Shown here: positions 1 to 12,250 of the stretch, piece by piece
Layout: every line of letters starts with the position of its first letter
How positions within the stretch are numbered: the stretch's first letter is position 1
Assembly (NCBI RefSeq): GCF_004010195.1
Contig: NC_057719.1
Span: 71,874,055 to 71,938,054, forward strand
From: Chiloscyllium plagiosum
Lineage: Eukaryota
DNA: 64,000 bases
Direction of reading: 5' to 3'
Translations under genes and position numbers: made by a program
The notes under the pieces: generated by a model
The model's database searches: none
What the model saw: only the letters and a program-made list of their open reading frames with translations
What the model was told of the DNA's origin: nothing

Positions 1-470
1 GTATTAGCTCATAGATGGCCCAATGAAGAGGAATGCCCAATAGTGTATGCATCCAGGACTTTGGCTAATGCAGAGTGTAAATATGCGCAGATCGAGAAGG
101 AAGGTTTGATGGTCATATTTGAAGTCAGGAAGTTGCCACCATTAATTTTATAGATGTAAATTTGTAATAATAACAGACCACAAGCCACTATTAGGACTAC
201 TTGAGGAGGACAAGACAGTGCCATCCGTAGCTTCAGGCCGAATGTAGTGGTGGGCTCTAATACTAAGTACATATAAGTACAAGTTGGAGCACCATCCGGG
301 AGGTCACTGCCTTCCGCTGGCAGATATGTCCCTGGTGGTACCGCCACTGGAAGAGTCCATAATGATTTTAAATTCTCTGAACACACTTCCAGTCACAGCT
401 GACAATATCAGACTTTGGATGCAGAAAGATCCGGTCCTGGCAAAACTGAAACAGCTGACAAATGGTGCGG
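1..470 (+). mobile_element. Ty3/Gypsy LTR retrotransposon pol remnant (RNase H and linker to integrase), frameshifted
   Basis: Translates to VLAHRWPNEEECPIVYASRTLANAECKYAQIEKEGL, then after a frameshift FVIITDHKPLLGLL...WALILSTYKYKLEHHPG...KDPVLAKLKQL. These are typical Gypsy RNase H motifs, with stops. Confidence 0.85.
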
Positions 471-1457
471 GAGCAAATTGTGCCAGGCTCCTCACAGCCT
501 TTCTGACCGTTCCGGAATCCATGGGTTCTCCTTCTCTGTCAAGCATTAAAGATACCTCGGAATCTGAGATGGATATGGCAGATGTTGCTGCCTCAACTTG
601 TTTGCTGCCTGAGGAAGAGAATAAATTTCTTCTGAGATGCTAGGGATGCAAGTGGTGAGCTACTGTGCATAATACGGAGTCCGTAGCAGAGGCAGAGTCA
701 GAGGAACCTGAACCAGTGCTAAAACACCCCAGATTTAAATGTGGTGAGTTTGATCTGCCAAGTTGAACAAACGTGGTGAAGTACTGTAACATTTCGGGAG
801 TGAGAGTCACCCTGACTGGCAGGTCAAAATGGGCGGTGGTGGCACAGCTGTTATTTCAGATTTACAGAACCTTCAGTATTCTGCTTCATAACTGCATTAA
901 CAACTCTCTTTCCAACATCTTTAAAACACTACTCAATTGGAAATGATAATTCAACAGAACATACATTGGATTGTCATTCTGTATAACTGCTGAAGTCAGA
1001 TTTCACCCCCTTTGTTATTCTTATTTTTTAATGGAAACCCCTGAGCCTCTCAGTTGTCCATAGTTGAGGCAGTGATTAAATCAATCTACTATTTTGCAAT
1101 TACCTTTGAATGCACAGGAATCGGTAAGCCTGTTTTTTTGCTCCCTCTATGGCAGACATATCATCTCCATGTTACATCTCATCTAATCCCGATTCAATAG
1201 CCATCACATTGCACCTCACCTACGTGGCATCCCAGCCACCACTACCACAACTCCCTCCCATATCATTTCCACTCAGTATCCCTGCCTCACTTCACCTCAC
1301 TCATTATTGCATCCACACTTCATTTCAAATCCTATTTCACCTTCCCCATGCATTCCAATCTCATCCCTCTCAGCATTCCCACCTGGATTCTCAGATTATC
1401 ACCCACTTCCTCCCTGCTCTGCACCCCAACCCCAATTTTATTCAACATTCATCTCAC

Positions 1458-1641
1458 CTCTCAGCATTCCCGACCAGCCACATCCAATCCTATTCCACTT
1501 CTCTCAGCATTCCCAACCAGCCACATCCAACCCTATTCCACTGCTCTCAGCATTCCCAACCAGCCACATCCAATCCTATTCCACTTCTCTCAGCATTCCC
1601 AACCAGCCACATCCAACCCTATTCCACTGCTCTCAGCATTC
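1458..1641 (+). repeat. 43-bp minisatellite, 4 full units plus a partial
   Basis: Unit ctctcagcattcccaaccagccacatccaaYcctattccactK starts at 1458, 1501, 1544 and 1587, with a partial at 1630. Confidence 0.95.
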
Positions 1642-3597
1642 ACTTTACCATTCCTCCCAAACTTTGCAAACCCAACCCTCTCCCAATCAGTTCTCTCAAC
1701 ATTTCCCCATTCTTCGCTCTTGCTAGATTGGGAGGGATAATCATGGCTAATTGCTTGGCTCTGTAATGATGAGAGTAGTTGCGTTATCTACTGCAATGGA
1801 TACACATTTCAATAACTTCTCAAATTACTGTGAATCTCTAGTTAACAACTGCCACATGCTGTAAACTGGTGCATGAACCCCTTATTTACAGGAATACAAT
1901 CTGCCTGAAGTCTTCATTTCTTTCTACTTCATCCTATGTCTCTCTATTTCTAGCTGTTTCACTGAAAGCAATTTTCTGACACATGCTTCCTTCTGAAAGC
2001 TTCTGGTGATTTTATTTTTTAAATTTTGCTTTAAATTCTTCCAATTCCAGAATAATGGGCATGAAATTTACACACTGTAAATCATCTGTGAGGCACCACT
2101 GTTCCACTAATTACCACAAGAAGCTGTGCTCATTAAATGTTCTCATCTAGCCTACTGCATAAGCTAAACAAACTGTAAATGAGCTGGCGATTATTAGCGT
2201 TTTATATTTGTGAGCTCTGCACACATCAAAATATCTTGACAAACATAAGAGTGTTGGTATTATTAGCTGCAGAGCGTCTTGAGTAAACACATAGAAATAG
2301 CTTGTGTGTGGGTTCTCAAGGCCCTTGAATACAATGGGTCCACAAAGGGTTACTTCCCGACCTGTCAGAACAGCAATACACCCACATATAATTTGTCAAA
2401 CAAAGAGTTTGTATGCTTGTTATCCTGAGCAAAGATGCAGCAAGCTGATCATGCCTGGTATTAATATGCAGTTAGCATAGGTGAATGTTACCATTGGTTG
2501 CTGTCCTTTGAATCTGAACTCACATTGATACATATCCCTGCTGCTGAGGATCTCTGTTCTTTGCTGTCACACAATATACACTGAGAAACAAAACAAAAAT
2601 GAAATAAAGGGAATGCAATTTTTTTTCTTTCTGATGTGCTATGAGGAAGCAGCCATCCTTTTCAATGTTCTACCTCAGAGCTATTATTCAGCATTGTAAA
2701 GGATGAAAGACAAGCTGAGCTTTTTTTGTAGGTGGACAATTCCCTCATCTGTTAAATAGCAAATAAAAAGGTTTCAATTGAATAAAAAAAGGATAAGACT
2801 TCAGTCTTCAGTGTAGCATTTCTTTTAGATTTACTATATGATTTAACAGCTTCGAAAACACATTCAATGCTGTCGTAACATTAAATCGCCCAGGTGTTGT
2901 GGCACCAATGTTTGTCTAATTTGTTCTATTCTAATCAATGTCTAAATGTTGGATGGAACATTTCAAACTTATTTTCATATCCTTTATTGTGGCAGTGTCA
3001 CTTCCAGGTGTCTTCGGGAGGGGGGATAGCATATTACTGGTGTATTTATGCAACTGGGTCAGGCAATTCTCAGAATACGCACATGAAATAATGAAGTTGA
3101 TGCCCTATTTTCATTTGCTAAATCCTTTAAAATATCATGACTACTAAATGATGTTGTTTAATTTAATAATAGATGCCCATTTAATTTCCTAGCGCTGGTT
3201 TGCTGTGATTGCAATTGCCATCAATAATCATCACAAATGCTTTTTAACAATTTTCCAGCCAATTGATTTACTTGTTAGATATTCATTTTTATTCTGTTAA
3301 TTACCAGGTCATCTGTGATCTAGCAGCTTCAGCCTGTTGGTCTGGTCAGCCAGTTAATGTCCATCTGTTGCAAAAGTAATCAGCATTAATTTCTAAAGAT
3401 TAGGAGAAAATCCTGAATGACATTGTATCAGAGTGCATTTGATGTATAAAAAAGGGAAAAGTGAAAGCACAATTGCACATGTGAAAGATTTACTTTTGTG
3501 TAGGTTAACTCAAGAGAATTTTTATTCAGAGAAAATGCACAAATCCTGGACTCAGCCTCACACATCCAGGGAGGACACATGTCAAGTTTACACATTG

Positions 3598-4130
3598 AAA
3601 ATTGGAACAGGAGTAGGCCATTCAGCCCTTTGAGCCAGCACACCAATCCATTTGATCATGGCTGATCATCCTACTCGAGATGCCCTTCCCACTTTTGCTC
3701 CATATCTTTTGATTTCTTTAGTCTGAGAACGATATCTAATTCCTTCTTGAAAATATTCAATACTTTTGCTCTCTGTGGCAGGGAATTCCACAGGTTCATC
3801 AATCTTTGGATAAAGAAATTTCTCCTCACCTCAGTCCTAAATAGTACCCTTAGACTGTGAATCCTGGTCTGGACTCCGAAGTCATTAGAAAAATTCCATC
3901 TTACATTTACCCTGCCCAGTCCTGTCAGAATTTCATAAGTTTCTATATGATTCTCTCTCATTCTTCTCAACTCCACTGAATATCGATCTAACCAATCCAG
4001 TCTCTCTTCATACCTCAGTCCTCCCATCCCAGGAATCAGTCTGACAAACCTTTGTTGCACTCCGTCCAAAGCCAGAATGTCCTTTCTCAGAAAAGGAGAC
4101 CAAAACTGTACACAATACTCCTGGTGTAGT
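3598..4130 (-). mobile_element. CR1-group LINE 3' fragment (ORF2 C-terminus and tail)
   Basis: ORF 3671-4069 reads VQQRFVRLIPGMGGLRYEERL...RRNFFIQRLMNLWNSLP; tail is ggctgaatggcctactcctgttcc. Confidence 0.9.
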
Positions 4131-5007
4131 TGTGGTAAGCTATGTTAAAATTGTAATGTGCATTTCCGAGGAATCTCAAGGAACAATGCTGCTTGGTGTT
4201 GCATAATTACACCTCTCTATTGCTGGTTTTGTAACAACTAGCTGTCAAATTTTGTGGCCGTCTCGATGTGCTGAGGGGAGTTTACTTCAAATACCTTGTG
4301 CAAAGGTTTAATTGCAATTGGGAATTGTAGCTGTTAAAATGCAATGAAATATTTTGTATGCAGTAGAGAGCTCTGTATGAAATTCCACTTTCTCAGTCCA
4401 AACTTTGTAATTTGAACTCAATGGTGAATAAGTTAGAAATAATTGAAAATGTACACAGGTAATATTAGAGTCTTACTCATGCTTCATGAGCTCAAACAGT
4501 CTATTTATTTATGGGAGTAGGTAAGCAGTTTCTTTGATTGCACTAGGTTCCTCCAGTTTATCAACATAAATCAAATCAAAATCGTGCAGTTTGGAGGGAA
4601 AATGTGGCTGACATCATGTGTAAATGATACTTAGGGTTATGAACAAATTTAAAAACCTGCAGATAGTTCATCATAAAGATTGTTTGTTTTAATTTTCAAT
4701 TCTCCACACTAAAATTTTAGGTTTTAGCCTAGTCCCCATTGGAAAGATGAACGTAGAGGTACACAAGGAACAAACATCACTATAACACACTTGAACATAT
4801 AACAAATGGCAATTTTGAAACCATCATTGATAATTTATGTGAAGTAGGACACAACCCATGCTTTTGCCAGCAGGATTTGTTACAATTCTCGACCGAAAAC
4901 AACAAATTCTGCAGCAATTCTGTTGGGCGCAATAGATATTTAAAGAAAAAATCTAAACATCGAACAAGTAAAAACAGAACCATGCCACAAAACTTCATTT
5001 TTTAAAA

Positions 5008-5298
5008 TGGCCATTCAGCCCTTCAGCCTGCTCCACCATTCAATGTAATCATGGTTGATCCTCAATCCATATTTCTGCTTTCTCCCCATACCACCTGATG
5101 CCTTTAAAACCTAAAAATGTATCTTTCTTTCTTGAATATATTCAGTGACTCAATGGTAGAATTCTACAGGTTCATGACTCTTTGAGTGAAGAATTCTTTC
5201 CTCATCTCTGTCCTAAATGGTCAAGCCCATATTCTGAGACTGTGTCCCGTAGTTCTAGACTCTCCAAATGGCTGTATTTAGTCTGTCTCTCCAGCCCT
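5008..5298 (-). mobile_element. CR1-group LINE 3' fragment
   Basis: Same tail family as 3598-4130 (ggccattcagccc..., gtgaagaattctttcctcatctc). Confidence 0.8.
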
Positions 5299-6409
5299 TT
5301 GAACAAAAACAAACTTTTTTTAATCTCTCAAAAAGAATTAAACAAAGCAAGCTTTACGAACTTAACATTAATTTCACCTAGCAGAATTATGCTATAAACT
5401 CAGTTCTACTTTTTATTTCCCCTCCAAGAGTTCCCTTATTTGTGAAATCTTGAAGCTTCATATACCAAAGGGTATATGACAATTCTCTAGAGTTTATTCT
5501 GATTTCCCTTCAGTGTTTCAATGGTTCTTCCAGTGGTTTCTGGCTAAGTGACATTTGAACTTTTCTCCAAAATGTCAGTGTTTCCATTGCTCAAACTCAG
5601 GCCTACTTGTGACTCCACTGCAATGAGTAAAACAACATGAAGCACCTTCGGTTATGGTTGCTATCTGCTGATTACAACTGGCTTCATTCAGTTGGATTCA
5701 GAGCTCCAATTGTGACAAAGTTAATTACCTTTCACTGAGAATTCTGCAGATTATCGCATTTACCTTCCAGTAAAACATAACTTCTAGTCATTTTGCCCCC
5801 AAACATCCATGTACTGAATCCCAACACCTACTTGCAGTTTCTTAAATAAATGCTCTTTTTTAATATGTTACAGGATGGGGATGCTAGGCTCACAGTAAAT
5901 TAGAGTAAGTCTGGATTCATCTTTCATTTTCCAATGAATTACAAGCAACATAAGATGCAAAGCTGACGCAATGGCTAAGCAGTTTTTCCCAAACATTAAA
6001 GAGTCTTGTCTGCTAGCTGTGCCCCAACTGAATTCAGAGACAAAATCGAAACAGATAATCTAACTAAGCTCCAGCCATTTCTATAGCAGAGTAATTTATA
6101 TAGCCTGTTTGTAAGTAAGCATGCAAATTAACTACTTTCTAATTTCAAAGATTTTCTTAATTCAAGGAAACCACAAGAATAACATAACATTTCTGGACTA
6201 ACTGGAAATGTCATGTCTTCAGTTCTTTTGCAGGAGTAAGCACACCCGTCAATTTATGACCTTACCATTCTAGCTGTTAAACCTTCAAGTCAAAGTAGCA
6301 CAAATATAACTGTATAATATAATATAGCTATTATATTCCAAGCTTGTCTGACTGCAATTTGCTTCAAGGTTAGTTAACAGATTCTTAAACAGCTGCTATT
6401 TTAAATTTT

Positions 6410-7435
6410 TTTACGGGATGTGAGTGTTGTTGGTTAGGCCGGAATTAATTGTCCATTCCAAATCTCTCTTGAGTAGGTGGTGATGCAATGCCTTCTTGAA
6501 CTGCTACAATCCATGGGGGGGGGGGGGGGGGGAGGGGAGTCTGGCAGGTACACCCACAGTGCTTTGTGAAGGATTTTGGCCCAATATCAGTGACGAAACA
6601 GTAATATATTTCCAATCAACATTGAGTGTGACTAAGAGGTATACTTGTAGATGGTGGAAATCCCATGCATTTGTTACCCTTGTCTGTTTAGGTGCCAAAG
6701 GATGTTGCTTTGGAAGATGCTGTCAAAGCAACTTTAGTGAGTTGCTGCATTGTATCTTGTACCTGGTACTCACAGTGCCACGGTGTGTTGGGTTGGAGGG
6801 AGTGAATGTTTAAGGCAGTGGATGGGCTGCTTTGTCCTGGGTGATGTCAACTTCTTGAGAGGTGTTGCTGCCAAATTCATTCAGACATGTCAACAATGTT
6901 CCAACACATCCCTCTCTTGCACCTTGTAGATGGAGGACAACCTCTGGGGATTAATGACATGATTTGCCTGCTACAGAATTCCCATCTTCTGACTTACTCT
7001 TGTAGTCACAGTATTTATGTGGCAGGTCCAGTTCAGTTTCTGGTCAATGGCAATCTCTAGGATTTTGACTTTGGTAGTTTCAGTGATACTAATACAACGA
7101 ATGTCATTAGAGATTTTTATATTTCCTTTGTTTGGGATCATCATTGTGTGGCATTTGAGTATTACATGGCCCTTGTCAACCTAATATCGACCAGGTCTTG
7201 CTTCAGATGAACATGGACGGCTTCAGTATTTGAGGAGACACAAATGGTGCTGAACAGTAGACAATCATCAGTGAACATCCCATTTCTGACCTCATGAAGG
7301 AGAGAAGGTTATCAACGAAGCAGCTGAAGAAAGTTGGACCTTTGACAAAACCTGAAGGAACTGCTGCAGAGATGTCCTGAAGCTCTGCTGATTAACCTCC
7401 AACAGCCACAATTATCTTTCTTTGTACTAGGTATC
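6410..7435 (-). mobile_element. Non-LTR retrotransposon (CR1/L2 group, second family), RT to 3' end, degenerate
   Basis: Minus strand gives GPTFFSCFVDN and MFTDDC (decayed GP..FINDL and FADD). Homologous to the + copy at 24200-24900. Confidence 0.75.
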
Positions 7436-7712
7436 ACAGTTAAAACTTGGATTCCTAAAGAAGAACATATATTTTCAAACACATGAACAATGAGCTGATG
7501 TTCACAGCAAGGTTTGTCTGAGTTGTAAAGGGGAGAGTATTCTTTTTGAATTACAAAATCCCTTGCATTTTCACAGATTAATTAAAAAGTAGGAATGGAG
7601 TTTATTCTCCAAAATTATGGTTCTCATTCTTCTTAGCTAAAATAAGTTAAGTTGAAAAGTGATGCATCATAGAAAATATTTTTGAAATCAGAACTTGGCA
7701 TTCATCACTACA

Positions 7713-7925
7713 TCAAGAGTGTGGGGCTGGAAAAGTACAGCAGGTCAGGCAGCATCTGAGGAGCAGGAGAATCAACATTTCAAGCATAAGGCCTTCATCC
7801 TGATGAAGAGGCTATGCCTGAAATGTCGATTCTCCTGCTCCTTGGATGCTGCTTGACTGTTGTGCTTTTCCAGCACCACACGCTCGACTCTGATCTCCAG
7901 CATCTGCAGTCCTCACTTTCTCCTA
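7713..7925 (+). mobile_element. Fold-back PLE terminal-repeat insertion with hammerhead-like motif and 13-bp TSD
   Basis: Arms of about 83 bp (7717-7799 and 7802-7886) are inverted; CTGATGA at 7800; TSD attcatcactaca at 7700-7712 and 7926-7938. Confidence 0.9.
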
Positions 7926-8379
7926 ATTCATCACTACAGTTCACCTTTGGCTATTTGAATTATTGAATGTAAATGGAATGTTTTTGTATTGATGTTTCAG
8001 TTTGCCTCCTGTTAAATACAAAGGACTGAGTCTTGTCCTTTTAGCAAATTGTGGGTTGCATTATGTTTTTTGGAGGGATTCTCACCTCAGGTCCTACTCA
8101 GATTTCTTGCTATATCTTAGCAAATTTGCCTCATGAATTACTTACCCCATCCCTGTGGTGTTCATCATGTCTGATCCTATTCCAATTTAGCACACAACAT
8201 TCCAGGAACATTTTGTCATACACTAAAAGTTTGCCAAAAGACCAGCTTCCTTTGCATCAGCCCATCTTTAAAAACAAGTTTGGTCAGTCCAGAGCTGCCC
8301 TGCATAATTCCTGACATTTGCCCAGGACATGGAGACAAGGAGAAATCAGCAACCTGCTATGTGCAAATTGACCTGGACA

Positions 8380-8880
8380 GGATGGTGCTGAGGCAGGGCT
8401 TCCTCTTCCCCAGGACCAGCAGTCATAACAGCAAACTACACTAGCCCGACCTTGGGTTAAAGCCATCAGCTGTCTGGAGGAATGTCCTGCGCTTGTCGGA
8501 AGAAAGTTAATGTCCTGCTCTCCACCATCAATGAACATGCCACCAACTTCTCTTCAATATCTCACACTTACTCTATCTCTGCTACTGTACCCATCTCCCA
8601 CCTCATGTTCTACCATGCTCATGTTGCAAGCAACATCTTCCACAGTCACTCTCACCTCCCTAAACCCTGACAACAAGAACCCTACCTGCCCTCTGTGCTG
8701 CCTACTCACTCACCCAGGGTATCTTCCTACCTGGTGTGCCATCCAGTTTCATCTCCCTTAATACCTGCCTCTCTCATTCCAGGAGGAAAATAGTCCGCAA
8801 TACAGCTGAAGAGCAGATAGAGTTGAAATCAGCGGTGTGATGCCTGATATTAGGGTCGTCACTCGTTATGTAGAGACTGT
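8380..8880 (+). mobile_element. PIF/Harbinger Myb/SANT-like gene fossil
   Basis: Decayed VWRNV..CRKKVNVLL, then a pyrimidine-rich spacer ending ctctctcattccag, then a segment with PDIRVVTRY. Resembles Harbinger Myb/SANT ORFs, from recall only. Confidence 0.55.
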
Positions 8881-9109
8881 CCCGACTGAACACCCCGGCT
8901 GGCTGATTGACTGATTCCAAGCCAGTGGATTGATATCGGAGGCTGCTCTAGACTTTCTGTGCCAGGGCCCCCTCAAGTATGTCTCTTGACTTGAATGAGG
9001 TCTGTTGACAAACAAAGTTTACTGCCTATGTGTCTAAAGGCCGAGGCAAAACAGAAGTAATCTAAGCCTGGAATCTTTGGTTAACAGGAATAATGCAACA
9101 AAGCAAGAT

Positions 9110-9437
9110 GGGCGGCATGGTGGCACAGCAGTTAGCACTGCTGCCTCATAGCGCCGGAGACCCGGGTTCAATTCCTGCCTCAGGCAACTGACTGTGTGGA
9201 GTTTGCACGTTCTCCCCGTGTCTGTGTGGGTTTCTTCCGGGTGCTCCGGTTTCCTCCCACAGTACAAAGATGTGCAGGTCAGGTGAATTGGCCATGCTAA
9301 AATTACCCGTAGTGTTAGTAAGGGGTAAATGTAGGGGTATGGGTGGGTTGCGCTTCGGCGGGTCGGTGTGGACTTGTTGGGCCGAAGGGCCTGTTTCCAC
9401 ACTGTAATGTAATCTAATGTAATCTAATCTAATCTAA
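9110..9437 (+). mobile_element. HE1-type tRNA-derived SINE (V-SINE), full length
   Basis: A box tggcacagcagtt, B box ggttcaattcc, V core gtggagtttgcacgttctccccgtgtctg, LINE-like tail gggccgaagggcctgtttcc, (AATCT)n end. Confidence 0.92.
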
Positions 9438-9614
9438 GACAATACATGGCAAGGATTCTGAACACCCAGATAGGTTCAGAGTGAATGAGCACTATAACAG
9501 AAAATGAAGAGCCTGGAGGTGCTATCTGGCCTACTTAGTGAGCTGGGTACATTTCACTGAGAACATCGTGTCCTTGCTGCAATATTACAGTGGTACGGTC
9601 TAAGCTGCAGAATT

Positions 9615-12250
9615 GAACAAAGTGCAGAAGGAGGATGGACAGGTAGGACAATTCAAGAAGGCAGTGCTGAGTCGGAGGGTTGGATCTGGGATGAGATGTG
9701 GGGAGGGGAGATAAAGAAACTGGTGAAGTCGATGTTGATGCTGTGTGGATTGAGGGTCACAAGGCGGAAGATGAGGCATTCTTCCTCCAGTCGTCGGGTG
9801 GCTTAGATTTGGCAGTGGAGGAGGCTCAGGGCTTGCGTGTCCATGGGGCAGTGGGAGGAGAAGTTGAAATGGTTGGCCACAGGGTAGTGGAGTTGTTTGG
9901 TGCATGTATCCCAGAGATGTTCCCTAAACCGTTCCGTGAGTTGGCGTCCTGTCTCCATGATGTACAGGAGACCACATTAGGGTGGGGAGGGGTGGGGAGG
10001 GAAATATATCTCTGGTGCTGGGGTCTGACTGTATGTGATGGAAATAGTGGAGGATAATGCACTGTATCCAGAGATTAGTGGGGTGGAAGATGAGGACGGG
10101 GTGGAAGATGAGGACCGGGGTGGGGGGTTCTGTCCTCATTGCTGTTGGAGGACTGGGGTTCAAGGGCAGAAGTGTGGAATGGGGAGGGGAAATTGTGTTC
10201 CTGGAAATAGGGGGCCATCTGGGATGTCTGGAATGCAATTACTCCTCCTGGGATCAGATATGTTGAAGGCGGAGGAATTGGGAGTAAGGGATTGTGTTGT
10301 TACAGGAGTGGGGATGGGAGGAGGTGTAGTCAAGGTAGCTGTGGGAGGCAGTGAGTTTAAAATAGTTGTCCGTGTTATGCCGGTCACCAGAGATGGAGAT
10401 GGAGAGGTCCTGGAAGGGGAGGGAGGTGTCTGAGATAGTCCAAGTGAACTTCAGGTCAGGGTGGAAAGTGTTTGTGAAGTTGATGAACTGTTTAGCTTCC
10501 TATTGGGAACATGAGGTGGTGTTGATACAGTCATTGATGTAGCGGATGAAAAGGTGGTGCCAGTGTAGCTGCAGAAGGTGGACTGTTCCACATACCTGAC
10601 GAAAAGGCAGGCATAGCTCGGGCCCATGCAGGTGCCCATGGCTATCCATTTGGTCTGAAGAAAGTGAGAGGATTTGAAGGAGGTGTTGTTGAGGGTGAGG
10701 ACCAGTTCTACCAATCAAATGAGTGTGTCGGTGGAGGGGTATTGGTTGGGTCAGCGGGAGAGGAAGAAATGGAGGACTTGGAGGCCTTCGCCATGGTGGA
10801 TGGATGTGTGTAACAACTGGATGTCCATGGTGAAGATGAGGCATTGGGGGCCAGGAACTGAAAGTCATGGAGGAGATGGAGGTCGTGGGTGGTGTCCCAA
10901 ATATATGTGGGAAGATCCTAAACCAAGGGGGACAGGACAATGGCGAGAAATGAGGAGGTATTGCTCCTGCTCCTTCATTGGGGCAGGAGCAGGCTGAGCT
11001 GATGGGTCGTGCGTGGTAGTCAGGTTTGTGGATTTTGGGTAGGACGTAGAACCAGGCAGTGTGAGATTGCCAGACTATGCGGTTGGATGCTGTGGATGGA
11101 AGATCCTCTGAGGTGATGAGGTTGGGAATGGTCTGGGAGATGATGGTTTGATGATGGGAGGTGAGGTTGTGGTTAACAGGGCAGTAGGAGGAGAAACCTG
11201 TGAGCTGGCGCCTTTCTTCAGCAGTGTAGAGGTCAGTGTGCCAAACTACCACTGCCCGCAGCCCTTACCGGCTGTTTTGATTGTGCGGTCAGGGTGGCAG
11301 TGGCATTCTCGGCGGCTGTGGAGGTAACATGGCCAGCTGGGCTGGGGTGAGTGGCACATTCAGTGGTAACTGCGGGGGTGGAGATGGTGTCTGTCGCAGT
11401 GCAAGTGGAAGCCGTGCTTTTGGCGGTTTGTGCGGGACAGCATGGTCATCTGCAGTGTTCTGGTGAGTGACATCGTTGGGGTCGGAAGTGGCATAGAGGG
11501 CAGCAACCATGGAAGCAGAAGTGACATAAGAGACAGCATGCACCAAGATATGGGCAGCGGAGGTTATGACAGCAATCCCAGAGGGGGTATGGTCGGCGGT
11601 GACCGCAGACCATGAAGCAGTGCGAGCGGAAGTGACATCATAATTCGCAGCGATAGTGGTGGCTGTAGCAGTCGCGTGGATAATGGCGTCCAAGCGATTC
11701 CAGAGGCTGGGAGAAAGCTCTGGACTGATCGAGGAATCCTGGGTTTGGAGATAAGTACATGAGAGTTTGGTGAACTTACATTCCTAAATGTACAATAAGC
11801 TGGAGAAAAACTTTTGTTGGGTGTGTGGATCCTTCTTAGGATGAAGAACAGCAGAGGTCCTTTGCAGGATGTGGCCCTGAGCTGCGGCAAGGCTGACTGC
11901 AGGGAGAGGAAGTGGCTGCACATGGCTGTGAGGATGGAACGGTGGATCCAGAGAGAGTACCCTTTCTGGAGGCTTTGGATTTACTGTAGGTAGTGGTTGT
12001 CCTGGTCAAGTCCAAATTGTGAATGTAGTCTGGAGTCCATGCGGGATAAGTCGGTTGCATAGGCAGGTGCTGAGGTAGGAGATGTGGCTGTTTTACTAGC
12101 TCTGCTTCAGGACATGGCTAAAGATGTTGAGGGCAGAGGAGATGACCTACAGTGAGAGAGAGATTCACTGATATCCTTGTTGTGGAGGAGGAGAGCTTCT
12201 TGAAGCTAGGCATTCTTGACAGAGGCTTCGTGGTAAGGTTACAGTGATTG
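9615..12250 (-). mobile_element. Penelope-like element (Neptune type), disrupted ORF with RT and partial endonuclease
   Basis: Minus-strand motifs FYVLPKIHKP..RPISS, ELVLTLNN, AMGTCMGPSYACLFV, RYIND. Homologous to the + copy at 41102-43895. Confidence 0.92.

Noticed and set aside
1458..1641. CRISPR-like periodicity
   Set aside because: Units are contiguous with no unique spacers, no cas genes are present, and the context is eukaryotic.
1149..1766. Three overlapping Pro/Ser/His-rich ORFs
   Set aside because: Artefact of C/T-rich sequence and the 43-bp repeat.
5300..5870. Possible additional solo LTR (also about 30900-31432 and 14096-14300)
   Set aside because: LTR-like composition only; I could not establish paired termini or a TSD.
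6515..6532. G18 run with G-quadruplex potential
   Set aside because: Isolated homopolymer inside a dead LINE; its length is unreliable and it may be a sequencing artefact.
9110..9185. tRNA gene (also near 15345 and 53498)
   Set aside because: The A/B boxes are SINE heads that continue into SINE body sequence; I found no convincing cloverleaf or terminator.
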